This document shows, piece by piece, positions 11,149-24,800 of a stretch of 64,000 bases of DNA. Origin of the DNA: Azolla caroliniana (taxonomy: Eukaryota; Plantae; Polypodiophyta); NCBI GenBank assembly GCA_043228905.1, contig JBHGNT010000004.1:4030001-4094000 (forward strand). The letters are read 5' to 3'. Position 1 is the stretch's first letter. Each line of letters begins with the position of its first letter. Both the position numbers and the translations under genes were made by a program. The notes under the pieces are model-generated. The model was not told where the DNA came from, did not search any database, and saw only the letters and a program-made list of their open reading frames with translations.

Positions 11149-14100
11149 ATGGAAGGCGGCGGTAGTGGGCCTCCGGGCATGATGGTGTTGAACTCACAGA
11201 ACTACGCCGACTGGAAGATAAAGATAGAAGACCTTCTCATCGTCCGAGACCTGTATGAACCGATCGACAATGCCGAGATACCCAAGGGGGTAATAGAGTC
11301 GGAGTGGAAGCTCCTGAACCGGAAAGCCGTAGCGACGATCCGGCAATATGTCGATGTAAGCGTTCTACAACATGTGGCGAACGACACCAACGCATATGAG
11401 ATGTGGAAGAAGCTGTCGGGCCTCTACGAGAGGAAGAATGCGTTGAACCGGACCTCCCTGATGAGGAAGATAGTGAACCTCAAGTACCGGGACGGCGAGA
11501 ATATGGTGGAACACGTGAGCACGTTCATGGGATTCGTGAACCAGCTTGCGGCGATCAAGTTCCCGTTGGAGGATGCAATGCAAGCCATCATTCTGATGTG
11601 TACATTGCCGGAAAGCTGGGAGAACTTGGTGGTGACTCTCAGCACCTCCTGCACCGAAGATAACTTGTCTCTACAAACGGTAAAGACAAGCATTTTGAAC
11701 GAAGAAGCGCGTCGGAGAGATAAAGAACCGGTTTCCGATCCGAAGATGCTGCTTACCGAATCGGATCGGGGAAGACAATGGAATCGAAGTCCGCAAAGAC
11801 GGGAGAAGTCGGGGACCCGGTCGCAATCAAGAGGAAGGCCCACATGCTTCCACTGTGGGAAGCCGGGGCACTTCCGGAAGAATTGTCGGCATTACCGAAA
11901 GGACAACGGAGCCGACGACACCGATTCGAAGAAGTCACCGGAGAGAAACGGTGCATACCGGGGAGCCACGGACCGGAGAGGTCGGGATCGGCGAGGGCAG
12001 GACCGGAAAGGAACGACGGCACTCGCGGCAAGTGAAGAAGAGATAATGCTCATTACCGAAGAGAGGGAGCTGAACCTTGCCGGTGTAGAGATGACCTGGG
12101 TGGTCGATTCCGGAGCGTCGTTCCACCTGACCCCGGAGAAGGAATACTTCTCATCCTACACAGCCGGTGAGCACGGCTGTGTCCGGATGGGAAATGAAGG
12201 CACATGCCGGATTGCCGGCATAAGAGACGTGTGGCTGATGACATCAACCGGATGCAAGATGCTGCTGAAGGATGTTCGACACGTTCCGGAGGTCCGATTG
12301 AACCTGATCTCGGCCGGGAGGCTAGATGATGAAGGCTACACGGGTAGCATCTGGAACGGTGTCATGAAGTTCAGCAAAGGGAGTCTGATAGTGGCTCGGG
12401 CCCGGAAGGTCAATACACTGTACCTGATGAATTCCCGGCTATGTCCGGAGGAGCTGAACGTGGCAGCCGACACTGCCGGTGAGCTGTGGCACAAGAGACT
12501 GTGCCACATGAGTGAGAAGGGGATGAAGAGGCTTGCCGATGACAACCTGATACCGGTAAAGCACGTACACCTGGGGAAGTGTACCGACTGTCTGGCCGGT
12601 AAGCAAAACCGGACCTCCTTCCACTCAAGGCCACCGACGAGACGTAGCGCACCATTGGAGTTGGTACACACTGATGTGTGTCAAGTAGAAGCGAAGTCAC
12701 ATGGCGGAGCTCAGTACTTCGTAACATTCATAGATGCCCATAGCCGGAAGCTGTGGGCGGCACCGTTGAAGACAAAGGACCAAGTATTGTCCGTCTTCAA
12801 AGAACTCCACGCGAGAGTGGAAAGAGAATCCGGCAAGAAGCTGAAAGCGATACGAGCGGATAACGGAGGGGAATACCGGGGGCAGTTCGCAGAGTACTGT
12901 CGCTCGAAGGGAATACGGCTCGAGTTTACTGTGCCGAGGACGCCGGAACTGAACGGGCTGGCCGAGAGGATGAACCGGACCATAATGGAGAGGGTCCGGA
13001 GTATGCTAGCACATGCAAAATTACCCAAGGGATTTTGGGCTGAGGCAATGTCGACGGCGACGTATGTGATAAATAGATCACCCTCAGTACCTTTGGACGG
13101 AGACACGCCGCAGAAAGTGTGGACCGGTAAGGAAGTGTCCTACCGGCATCTGAAGGTGTTCGGGTGTCTCGCATACGTGCATGTGGCAAAGGACCGGAGA
13201 GGAAAGTTAGATCCAAAGACCCGGCCATGCATATTCCTCGGTTACGGTGACGACGAGTTCGGCTAACGAGTATGGGACCCGGCCGACAAGAAGATATTCA
13301 GGAGTCGAGATATCATCTTCATGGAGGACAAGACACTCGCCGACTGGGAGTCGGAGAAGAAGATGAAGAGCTCCAAGTCGACCGGTGAGGATCAACTCTA
13401 CGAAGAGCAGTCCCGACCGGCAAGGGACCGGTTAGCACTCGAGGATCCGGCCGAAGACGGTGAAGAAACAGAACCGGCCGAGGAAGATGAAACTGATACC
13501 GGAACTGGCCCCGATCCCGAAATGGATTCGGATGGAGAGGAAACGGAGGAGCCGGTTACCGAAGCTCTGGAACGGAGATATCCTCTAAGAGAGAGAAGGG
13601 CCCCCCGGAGATTTCCGGAACCAGAGCACGTGCTGCTAACCGACGAGGGGGAGCCGGAGAGCTTTGAAGAAGCAAAACTTGACACCCATAGCCGCAGGTG
13701 GTTAAGTGCAATGCAGGAGGAGATGGATTCCCTGCATGAGAACCACACATATGAACTTGTGGAGTTGCCGAAAGGAAAGCAGGCACTTCGAAACAAGTGG
13801 GTGTTCAAGCTGAAACCGGGAGATGTCGGAAACCTCCCGAGATACAAAGCCAGGATCGTAGTGAAGGGGTTCCAGCAGAAGAAGGGCGTCGACTTCGACG
13901 AGATATTTGCCCCGGTAGTGAAGATGACCTCCATCCGGACGGTGCTGAGCATAGCGGCAAGCGTGGACCTCGAGGTAGAACATATGGATGTGAAGACGGC
14001 ATTCCTTCACGGTGACCTCGAAGAAGAGATCTACATGCAGCAACCAGAAGGATTCGAGAAGAAAGGGAAGGAGCACCTGGTATGCCGGTTGAAGAAGAGC

Positions 14101-15219
14101 CTTTACGGACTGAAGCAGGCTCCCCGGCAATGGTACCGGAAGTTCGACTCTTTCATGACCGACGAAGGCTACCACAAAACGCAGTCCGATCACTGCGTGT
14201 TTGTGAAGAAGTTCGAAGGAGGAGACTTTCTAATACTCCTCATGTACGTGGACGACATGTTGATCGTCGGACGGGACCAGGCCAAGATACGGATGCTGAA
14301 GAAAGCGCTTCACCGAACTTTCTCAATGAAGGACCTGGGTCCGGCGAGGCAAATACTAGGGATGCACATCATCCGGAACCGGAAGAAGAAGCAGTTGTGG
14401 CTGTCACAGGAGAAGTACGTGACAAAGGTGCTTCACCGGTTCAACATGTCGGAAGCAAGACCGGTCGGGTCAACCCTCCCGGCAAACTGCAAGTTGTCGA
14501 GCAAGCAAAGCCCCAAGACAAAGGCTGAGAAGGAGGACATGATGAAAGTACCATATGCCTCGCCGTCGGAAGCTTGATGTACGCAATGGTGTGTACAAGA
14601 CCGGACATAGGATACGAGTCGGAGTGGTGAGCCGGTACATGAGCAATCCCGACAAAGAGCACTGGAACGCGGTCAAGTGGATACTCCGATACCTGAAGGG
14701 CACGGCAAACGTGTGCCTCCAATTCGGCTCCGGTAAGCCCGAACTCGACGGCTTTACCGATTCGGATATGTCGGCTGATGCAGATACCAGCCGGTCCACA
14801 TCAGGGTATGTGATGACGTATGCAGGGGGAGCTGTTTCGTGGCAGTCGAGGCTGCAGAAGACGGTTGCGTTGTCAACCACGGAGGCGGAGTACATGGCGG
14901 CTGTTGAAGCCGGCAAGGAAATAATATGGATGAAGGACTTCATTAGAGAGCTCGGTATCCGGCAGGTGTAGTACCGACTCTACTGCGACAGTCAGAGTGC
15001 CATCCACCTTGCGAAGAATGCGGCCTATCACTCCCGGACGAAGCACATCCAGCGTAGATACCACTGGATCCGGGAAAGGATAGAAGACAAGGAGTTCATG
15101 CTGACGAAGATCCACACGGACGAGAACGGGTCGGATATGCTGACCAAGGTACTCACACCCGCAAGCTGGAAGCATGCCGGAAAAGGATCGGATTGGAGAG
15201 ACATCCCATGCCGAAGTGA
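11149..15219 (+). pseudogene. Copia Gag-Pol polyprotein of B, disrupted
   Basis: CFHCGKPGHFRKNC, VDSGAS, HHCC+DDE integrase, YVDD RT, RNase H; stop at 13264-13266 (TAC>TAA), 1-nt deletions near 14560, 14615 and 15160, stop at 14969-14971. Confidence 0.93.
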
Positions 15220-15229
15220 AGGGGGAGTT

Positions 15230-15839
15230 TGTTGGGATTACGGTCCCTCCGGATGGGATGGTCGGATGTCCGGGAATCGGATGATGAAGACCCTGGTTAC
15301 GGAGCCGGATGCTGAAGACCCCGACTACGGAGCCGGATGCTGAAGACCCCGGTTACGGAGCCGGATGACGAATGTACCCGGAGAGAGATCCGGATGCGGG
15401 GACATATTTGTGAATATGTTTGCCAAGAGCCCTTGAGGCTATATTTGTAAATAGCCCGAAAGTCATATGTGTATAAATATGACTTAGGGCAAACAGTTTA
15501 AATGTTGTTGCTCATTTTTTATGTTTTCAGCCGAGAGAGCAAAGTGAGAGCAGCCGAGAGAGAGGGAGAGAAACGAAGAGGTCGACATCTCTGTGTATCA
15601 CCGCCGCCTGTGGCGAAGACAGTGAGCTCAAGGTCGTTGCCTTGTAGCTTCACCATTGTACACCTCTGTTTATAGTGATAGTTGGAGTTTGAGGACTCCC
15701 GTGGTTTTTCCCATTTAGGGTTTTCCACGTAAAACATCCTGTGTACTCCTCTCTCTATTGTCCTCGTGCACTTTGTATTTCCCGTTTTCTGTGAGTTGAT
15801 CCTATTCCTCGGTTTGTGACCGAGCGCTGTTCTGCAACA
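15230..15839 (+). repeat. 3' LTR of B (three 28-bp U3 repeats)
   Basis: Follows the PPT; ends CAACA plus the TSD. Confidence 0.95.
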
Positions 15840-16415
15840 CTTAGCCGGTAAGTAGAACCGAACCTCTGTCCAAACCCGACCACCCACAAGACGGAAAGAA
15901 CTGTTGGAATTTGTTCATGCTGATATATGCCAAGTGAACACGAAGTCACATACTGGATCGTCGTACTTCGTAACATTCATAGATGACCATAGCCGGAAGC
16001 TGTGGGTCTCACCGCTGAAGATGAAGGACCGACTACTATCCGTCTTCAAGGAATTCCAGGCGAGTGTGGAAAGGGAACCCAACCGGTAGTTGAAGGTAGT
16101 TCGAGTGGACAATGGAGGCAAATACCGGGGGCAATTCATGGAGTACTGCCAGTCGAAGGGAATCCGGATTGAATTCCCCGTGCCAAAGACAACGGAGCTA
16201 AACGGATTGGCCGAAAGGATGAACCGGACTGTAATGGAGAGAGTCCGGAGTATGCTTGCAAATGCCAAGTTGTTCAAGAAGTTTTGGGCTGAGTGGCTGA
16301 TGACGACGACTTACGTGATAAATCGATCACCATCAACACCTTTGGATGGAGACACGCCATAGAGGGTATGGACCGGTAAAGACGTGTCTTACTAGTATGT
16401 GAAGGTGTTCGGTTG

Positions 16416-18913
16416 TGTTAAGAATTAGGTAAGTAATTAAGTATGGGTTAATTAGTACCTAATTAGGTGATTAAGTTAAGCGTGGAAGATTGAGTGATAT
16501 GTGTGTATGTGTGTGAGAGGAAGAGAGAGAGAGAGATATACACTTATGAATAACACAAGATGGGGGATGAGTAAGTATATTAACTTAGCATTATCATCAT
16601 CAAATACAAAAATACCTTCAATGAGGTATATATAGGTTTCATGTGCAAGGGTGCACATGTGCTAGGAGAATATAGGTACAACGTGTAAGTCCTCTATTAA
16701 ATGAGCATGGAGTGGTGGATCTACAATGTATCCCACTCAAGTACAAAATCCTATTTAAGGCTTTATGGTCAACACACTAACTAGATTCTATCTAGGTAAC
16801 TACTAAATTACATGTGTTGACTAACTAACTAAACTAAATTGAGCTTGATCTCTCAACACGCCCCCTCAAGCTCAAGTGTGAGGCGTCTGACATCCGACGT
16901 TGTTTTCGGCATTGTCCGGCTTTCGATGTCAGCTTTTGTGTGGCTTCCGTCCGGCCTTTGGCTTTCTTCGCCATGGCAATCTCGGGTCCTCCCCGTCAAG
17001 GCGGTGACGAAGGCTTGTAGTGTGTGAACAAAGGTCGGCTACTTCCACCCATCGTGGGTTACGAGCCGCTTCGATGGAGCTCTTGGGCTCTTGTTCGGCC
17101 GCTACCTTCATCGCGAAGGCGTAATGATAGGCCATGTATTCGTTGTAGCCATGCCAAGTGACGGGGTTCTTTGCTTTAGATGAGCGTCAAAGTTTTTCGC
17201 TCGCCGATGTGAGCGCCTTCTTTACTCCGGGTGTACGCATGATGGGTACACCGAACTCAGTGTCTAGTGAGGGAGCCGATCCATCCGAATCATTGTCGTC
17301 AGGGTGATCAACTTCGTATTCGGGCATCTTGCCCTTGCCCTTGTCCGATTTCGGACTTGGCCGCGATGTGCTTGGGTTGCATGAAGATTCTTGTGGGCCA
17401 CTAAGCTCGGTTGTAATCGGACTTTCTTCGTTCATATGCGTGAATTGATCTTCGACTTCTACCTCTTGTTCGGCGTAATCCGCATCGAGTGTAGTCGGAG
17501 TTGAAGAGGTCTATGGTGCGTACTAGGATGCGTACTCGTCGAAGACTACGTCTCGACTTACCCGAACTTCTCATGTCGACGGGTTGTAGCACTTGTACGC
17601 CTTCTTCTCGGATGAGTATCCTACGAGGATACATCTCTCCGACTTTGCGTCGGGCTTCTATCATTGTTTGTTCAGGATGCGTACATTCGCAATGCTTCCG
17701 AACACTTTGAGATGAAACAGGATCGACTTCCTTCCAACAAGGAGCTCATATGGAGTTAGTTCATGCACTCCATTCGTGGGGCATCGATTCATGAGATAGA
17801 CGGTCGTAGATGCCGCTTCGGCCCAATAGAAGTTCGGCATGTTTTCCTCATGTAACATGGCCCGTACTACCTCAAGTATTTGCCGATTCTTCCTTTCGGC
17901 GACTCCATTTTGTTGGGGTGTGTGTCGGCATGAGAATTCTCTCATAATGCCTTCACTTTGGAGGTAGAAGGTGAACTTGTCGGAGAAGTACTCCTTCCCT
18001 CCATCCGATCGTAAGCATCGAATGTGCCGACCGGTTTCTTTTTCGACTTGACTCTTGAGCTTTTGGAAGTGGGAGGGCACTTCGCTTTTCTTCTTCATCG
18101 GGTAGATCCACGTGTATCGCGAGTAGTCGTAGATGAAGGTTACGTAGTATCGGCATCCGCCGATCGTTGGCGGTTGAGCCGGTTCCCATACATCCGAGTG
18201 TATGACATCGAGGAGGCCTTTGCTCGCCGAGCTCTCCTTTGGGAATGGGAGTCGATGTTGTTTGCCGAGTTGACATGCTTCGCATACTCGGTCTACTCGT
18301 TTTAACTCGAATGTCGGAAGTCCGATGACGACTCCCTTTGTTTACATAGCTCGGAGCCATTGGAGGTTGATGTGGCCGATTCTTTTGTGCCACAACTCGA
18401 TGTTCGTCTCGTTTTTGAGACCTTTAGTGTACATTGCCGATTTCACCTCGTTCGAATCGAGGATGAATATTCGGCCTTTTCCCCTTAGCTACGACTCGAC
18501 CATCTTTCTCGATGAAGCATCCTTCTTTGGTGAAGCGAACTTGCATGCCTTGCTCCACGATTTGGCCAATCGAGACCAAATTCTTTGTTATTGTGGGCAC
18601 GTGCAGGACATTCTTGATGCAAGTTTGCTCGCCTTCTTTCCCGAATGAGACATTGCTGATGTGCCGAATGGAATGTGTGGTATCGTCTCCCATCCCTATA
18701 AAGTCGGGTTGATCTGGCGTTCGTAAATCGCGGGATGTCATGTGATGTAAGGCGCCGGAATCTACGAACCACACGTTGTCGTGAAGATTTTCGTCCACAA
18801 GCGGAAACCCGAGCAACGAGAGCCAAAGAGCGATGTGCAACGTTGCACACGTACATAATGTATTTGTAATAGTAATAAAGGTATAAAGGTGATGTGGTTG
18901 TACGCACATCCAC

Positions 18914-18947
<34 letters not shown>

Positions 18948-21023
18948 CTATGCGGTACATAGGTACCTAGTTGTTTGTGAGGAGGTGGGAGTTAAGGGGC
19001 CATCAATCTCACCCTCCCCCAAATCAAGGCAAATATCCCCTTTGAATGAAAGGGGATATTTTAGTCTCACTTTTGTAAACGATCTTCCCTCCTTGTGCTA
19101 TAAAAGGAGAGAGAAGGCACCATTGTGGGGGTTGCCTATTTTGAGTGTGCGAGGTATACCACTTAGGTCGAGGGTTTCCTATTCGGTTTTAGGGTTTTGG
19201 TTAGGGTTTTCTTCTTGGGTTTTCCTTTAGGGTTTTCTTATAGTCGTTTGGTGCGGCCATGGCGGCCACCATTGTAAAGCGTTTATGTTTTCTTAATCGA
19301 ACTTCTTGTTGAGTATCTTGACTCCATCTTCTTCATCTTCTTCTATCATAATGTCATATTCGTTCTCTTCTCCTCTTGAGCTATGAGCTAATCTTCCATT
19401 CGTTGTCTTAACCTTTCTCCTCTTCTCCCTAGTCCAAGATCCCCATGGTCCCGCCCCTTCTACACGCACGCGCGTAACAACGCGACAACGTCTTCCGGAT
19501 TGGAGATGCTTGCGGAGTCGGAGGCCGTCATAGAGCTCTATGCCACATTACGAATAGTCCGCCGTAATCCTCATATTCGGAGTTGTTGGCATAGTTTGTG
19601 AGTTGTCGGCTTGTCGACGCCGACTCACTTCTTCTCTTCCGACACTCCGCCTCATAGTGGCTGATTTTTCCGCAATAATTGCAAGTTGCAGGCCTCGTTT
19701 GCCGACCTTGTTCAATTTGGAAGCTCCCCCTTCTTTCGAAGGTTCCTCAATGGCTTCCTCTTCTACCGCCACGACCTCTTCCTCTTCCACCGTCCGAATT
19801 CGAGAAGAACATTTGTCCTTCCGGTGCCTTGCTTTTGTTTCGTACAAGGTTTTCTTTGACCAATAACATCGATTGGAGGTCAAAGAACGAAGGAGGGTTT
19901 TCTCTCGCCAAGATTGCCATCTATAGTGGATCAAATCGTTGTGCGAGGCCGCCCAAGCATACATGAACCATCACGTCTTCGTCGATGTTTATGTTGATGG
20001 AGCCAAGTGAGTCACAAATGCTCTTGATTTTGGCGGTGTAGTCTGACACAGACATGACTTTTTGCCGAATGTTATTCAACTCTTGCTGGAGTTGAAGTTT
20101 GCGGGCGGTCGTGTTGGCGGCAAACATTTTCTTTAAGTTCTCCCACGCCTCTTTAGGTGTCTTGGCGTCTCGAATGTGGCTAAGCATATGGTCGTGGACA
20201 CATGTTGCCAAGCAATACATTACCCGACTCACTCCTTGCTCCCACGTTGGGTAGTTGGTGTTTGTGTTGTCGGGCTTGTTTTCGAGTGCGCCATTGATGT
20301 AGCTCCAATACCCTTGGCCGACAAGGTATTGGGTCATCTTGTACTCCCAAGATGAATAATTGCTCCAATCTAGCTTTTCGCTAGGGAGCGAGCTACCCAT
20401 TTGTGTGTTCATGTTGTTTTGTGTCTTCCTTGTTGGCTCTTCTTTCTTCGATCACGTACTTGTGCTACGTAGCGGCACTACGGTAGCGGATGGCCGGAAT
20501 TTGTCGTCGGTGTTTTGAACACACAATCACGGAGTGTCGGGTGGGCTTAGTGGATATGCTAAACCACACGCTCTATACCATGTTAAGAATTAGGTAAGTA
20601 ATTAAGTATGGGTTAATTAGTACCTAATTATGTGATTAAGTTAAGCGCGGAAGATTAAGTGATATGTGTGTATGTGTGTGAGAGGAAGAGAGAGAGAGAG
20701 AGATACACTTATGAATAACACAAGATGGGGGATGAGTAAGTATATTAACTTAGCATTATCATCATCAAATACAAAAATACCTTCAATGAGGTATATATAG
20801 GTTTCATGTGCAAGGGTGCACATGTGCTAGGAGAATATAGGTACAACGTGTAAGTCCTCTATTAAATGAGCATGGAGTGGTGGATCTACAATGTATCCCA
20901 CTCAAGTACAAAATCCTATTTAAGGCTTTATGGTCAACACACTAACTAGATTCTATCTAGGTAACTACTAAGTTACATGTGTTGACTAACTAACTAAACT
21001 AAGTTGAGCTTGATCTCTCAACA
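16416..21023 (-). mobile_element. Ty1/copia element D, internally deleted (gag, PR, INT present; RT/RH essentially absent)
   Basis: 443-bp LTRs 16416-16858 and 20581-21023; TSD ggttg/agttg; PBS TGGTATAGAGC 20570-20580; PPT next to 16859; gag from 20412; VDSGA; LRSDGGKEY...QQNGVAERKN. Confidence 0.92.
18777..19487 (+). mobile_element. Solo LTR of the Trp-primed gypsy guild, inserted in the protease region of D
   Basis: TGTCGTGAAGA...CGCGACA; 4-bp TSD ACGT (18773-18776, 19488-19491); removing it restores NPEDVWFVDSGA; U5 matches element H. Confidence 0.9.
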
Positions 21024-21136
21024 AGTTGTCTCGCTTACATGCATGTTGCAAAGGACAAGAGAGCAAAGTTGGATCCGAAGTCCAGACCATGCATATTCCT
21101 TGCATATGGTCTCAAGGATCGAATCTCAACAAAGCC

Positions 21137-21830
21137 TTCCCAATCGGGAGACAAGCTGGAAGACTAACTGCCTCAGGACCGATGGCGGAAAAGAGTACTT
21201 TTCCGACCAGTTCTCAAGCTATCTGTAGAAGGAGGGAATCCGACGTGAGTTCTCTTGCAGATACACACTGGAGCAGAACGGTGTGGCCGAGCGGAAGAAT
21301 CAAACGATAAAGGAAGCATCAAGGGCAATGCTTGAGGAGAAGCAAATGTTGAAGTTCTACTAGGTTGAAGCGGTCAGTACAACCGTTTACCTACAGAATC
21401 AGACATCGACAAATGGAGGGAAAGTGTCGCCACACGAGCTATACTTCGGGAAGAAGCCGAATCAAGGACACTTGAGGGTGTTTAGTAGCATCACATATGT
21501 GCATGTGCTAAATGAGAAGAGGACGAAGCTGGACGCGAAGGCTAAGAGGTACATTTTGGTCTGCTACTCGGACGAGCAGAAGGGTTATAAGTGTTATAAC
21601 CCTTGAACGAAATTGGACTGAGTCAATCAAGATGTTGTGTTCGACAAATCAGCTTCGTGGTACTTGCCCCCTTCAAGGTTGATCATGTAGATGAGGGAAA
21701 CATCGAAACCCTAGAAGAGAGTCTGATCTCATTCTGGCTAAGTGGCCCGAATGAGAGCCTAAGTCAGAACGACCAGTCGGGTGAGGAGCTAGCGAGCAGT
21801 GAAGACTCGATCATGCAGTCCCCGCGTCAG
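21137..21830 (+). pseudogene. Copia integrase fragment (host element M, part 2)
   Basis: PNRETSWKTNCLRTDGGKEYFSDQ...EQNGVAERKN...KLDAKAKRYILVCYSDEQKGYKCYNP. Confidence 0.75.
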
Positions 21831-24800
21831 TGTTACTGTACGAGATGTACGGAGAGTAGAGTGTGATGAGCAAGGGTCGAATGCTATAATGTTGTTGATG
21901 TGTATGAGTAAATGTGCACAATTATAATTGTAAGTATGAGTCCATACGTATGTGAACACATGCACACATGTGTGCATGTGGACATATACGAAGAGGTGTG
22001 AGTGAGTGATTAGTGTGAATGGACAAGGGGGCTTGGACCCCTGTGTATCTACCCTTTTGTAACTATTTAACCCCTTATGGGGAATGAATGAACAAGGAAT
22101 ATTTTGTTGGGATTACGGTCCCTCCGGATGGGATGGTCGGATGTCCGGGAATTGGGAATGAAGACCCGAATGAGGAGTAACCGGTATCGGAGCCGGATGA
22201 TGAAGACCCGGTTCCGGATCCGGATGATGAAGACCCCGGCTACGGAGCCGGATGATGAAGACCCCGGCTACGGAGCCGGATGACGAATGTACCCGGAGAG
22301 AGATCCGGATGCGGGGACATATTTGTGAATATGTTTGCCAAGGGCCCATGAGGCTATATTTGTAAATAGCCCAAAAGTCATATGTGTATAAATATGACTT
22401 AGGGCAAACAGTTTTGGCTGCTGTTGTTGTTGTTGCTCATTTTCTGTTTTTTCCACTTAGAGGGAGCGAAGTGAGAACAGCCGAGAGAGAGAGTGAGAGA
22501 GAGAGAAAGGAAGAGGTCGACGCCTCTGTGTAATACCGCCGCCTGTGGCGAGGACAACGAGCTCAAGGTCGTTGCCTTGTAGCTTCACCATTGTACATCT
22601 CTGTTTATAGTGATAGTTGGAGTTTGAGGACTCCCGTGGTTTTTCCCATTTAGGGTTTTCCACGTAAAACATCCTGTGTACTCTTCTCTCTATTGTCTTC
22701 GTGCATTTTGTATTTCCTGTTTTTTGTGAGTTGATCCTATTCCTCGGTGGCGGCCGAGCACTGTGTTCAACAAAGTGGTATCAGAGCGACGGTAACACAG
22801 AAAATGGAAGGCGGCGGTAGTGGGCCTCCGGGCATGATGGTGTTGAACTCACAGAACTACGCCGACTGGAAGATAAAGATGGAAGACCTTCTCATCGTCC
22901 GAGACCTGTATGAACCGATCGACAATGCCGAGATACCCAAGGGGGTAATAGAGTCGGAGTGGAAGCTCCTGAACCGGAAAGCCGTAGCGACGATCCGGCA
23001 ATATGTCGATGTAAGTGTTCTGCAACATGTGGCGAACGATACGAACGCCTATGAGATGTGGCAGAAGCTGTCCGGACTGTATGAGAGGAAGAATGCTCTG
23101 ACCCGGACCTCCCTGATGAGGAAGATAGTGAATCTTAAGTACCGGGACGGCGAGAGCATGGTCGAACACGTCAGCACGTTCATGGGATTCGTGAACCAGC
23201 TTGCGGCGATCAAGTTCCCGTTGGATGACGCAATGCAAGCCATCATTCTGATGTGTACCCTTCCGGAGAGCTGGGAGAACTTGGTAGTTACTCTCAGCAC
23301 CTCCTGTAAGGAAGAGAACTTGTCTTTACTGACGGTAAAGACAAGTATTCTAAATGAAGAAGCGCGTCGGAGAGACAAAGAACCGGCCTCCGACTCGAAA
23401 GCGCTGCTTACCGAATCGGAACGGGGAAGACAACGGAACCGGAGTCCGCAAAGACGGGAGAAGTCGGGGACACAGTCGCAGTCGAGGGGAAGACCTACAT
23501 GCTTCTACTGTGGGAAGCCGGGGCACTTCTACTGTGGGAAGCCGGGAAGAACTGTCGGCATTTCCGGAAAGACAACGGAACCGACGGTACCGATTCGAAG
23601 AAGTCACCGGAGCGAAACGGTGCATACCGGGGAGCCACGGACCGGAGAGGTCCGGATCGGCGAGGGAAGGACCGGAAAGGAACGACGGCACTCGCGGCAA
23701 GTGAAGAAGAGATAATGCTCATTACCGAAGAGAGGGAGCTGAACCTTGCCGGTGAAGAGATGACCTGGGTGGTCGATTCCGGAGCGTCGTTCCACCTGAC
23801 CCCGGAGAAGAAATACTTCTCATCCTACACAGCCGGTGAGCACGGTTGTGTCCGGATGGGAAATGAAGGTACATGCCGGATTGCCGGCATAGGAGACGTG
23901 TGGCTGATGACATCAACTGGATGCAAGATGCTGCTGAAGGATGTCCGACACGTTCCGGAGGTTCGGTTGAACCTGATTTCGGCCGGGAGGCTAGACGATG
24001 AAAGCTACACGGGTAGCATCCGGAACGGTGTCATGAAGTTCAACAAAGGGAGCCTGATAGTGGCTCGGCCCCGGAAGGTCAACACACTGTACCTGATGAA
24101 TTCCCGGCTATGTCCGGAGGAGCTGAACGTGGCAGCTGACACTGCCGGTGAGCTGTGGCACAAGAGACTGTGCCACATGAGCGAGAAGGGGATGAAGAGG
24201 CTTGCCGAAGACAGCCTGATACCGGTAAAGACGTACACCTGGGGAAGTGTACCGACTGTCTGGCCGGTAAGCAAAACCGGACCTCCTTCCACTCAAGACC
24301 ACCGATGAGACGTGGTGTACCATTGGAGTTGGTGCACACTGACGTGTGTCAAGTAGAAACGAAGTCACATGGCGGAGCCCAGTACTTCGTGACATTCATT
24401 GATGACCACAGCCGGAAGCTGTGGACGGCACCGTTGAAGACAAAGGACCAAGTGTTGTGCGTTTTCAAAGAACTCCACGCGAGAGTGGAAAGGGAATCCG
24501 GCAAGAAGCTGAAAGCGATACGAGCGGATAACGGAGGGGAATACCGGGGGCAGTTCGAGGAGTACTGTCGCTCGAAGGGAATCCGGCTCGAGTTTACTGT
24601 ACCGAAGACGCCGGAACTGAACGGGCTGGCCGAGAGGATGAACCGGACCATAATGGAGAGGGTCCGGAGTATGCTGGCGCATGCGAAATTACCCAAGGGG
24701 TTTTGGGCTGAGGCAATGTTGACGGCGACATACGTGATAAACAGATCACCCTCAGTACCTTTGGACGGAGACACGCCGCAGAGAGTGTGGACCGGTAGGG

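Larger units (their letters stand above)
10480..15839 (+). mobile_element. Full-length young Ty1/copia LTR retrotransposon B
   Basis: LTRs 10480-11117 and 15230-15839; perfect TSD CTTAG; PBS TGGTATCAGAGC 11121-11132; PPT GAAGGGGGAG 15218-15227; domain order gag-PR-INT-RT-RH. Confidence 0.97.
8916..21109 (+). mobile_element. Old Ty1/copia element C: partial LTR 8916-9041, PBS 9045-9056, gag-PR-INT; interrupted by B and D
   Basis: Degenerate gag from ATG 9087; KCTDCL|AGK is split by B and KVFG|CLAY is split by D; coding pieces at 9087-10479, 15845-16415 and 21029-21109. Confidence 0.75.
3727..21131 (+). mobile_element. Old rearranged Ty1/copia element A: full 5' LTR, 3' LTR reduced to its last ~22 bp; contains nested elements
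   Basis: TGTT start at 3727; the 5' LTR end ctcagggattagatctcaaCA is echoed at 21110-21131 (ctcaaggatcgaatctcaaCA); degenerate TSD gagtt/aagcc. Confidence 0.65.

Noticed and set aside
14969-14971. Stops at neighbouring RNase H codons in both B and E (33904-33906), as a possible regulated stop
   Set aside because: Different codons are hit, and each is sense in the other copy; independent mutations.
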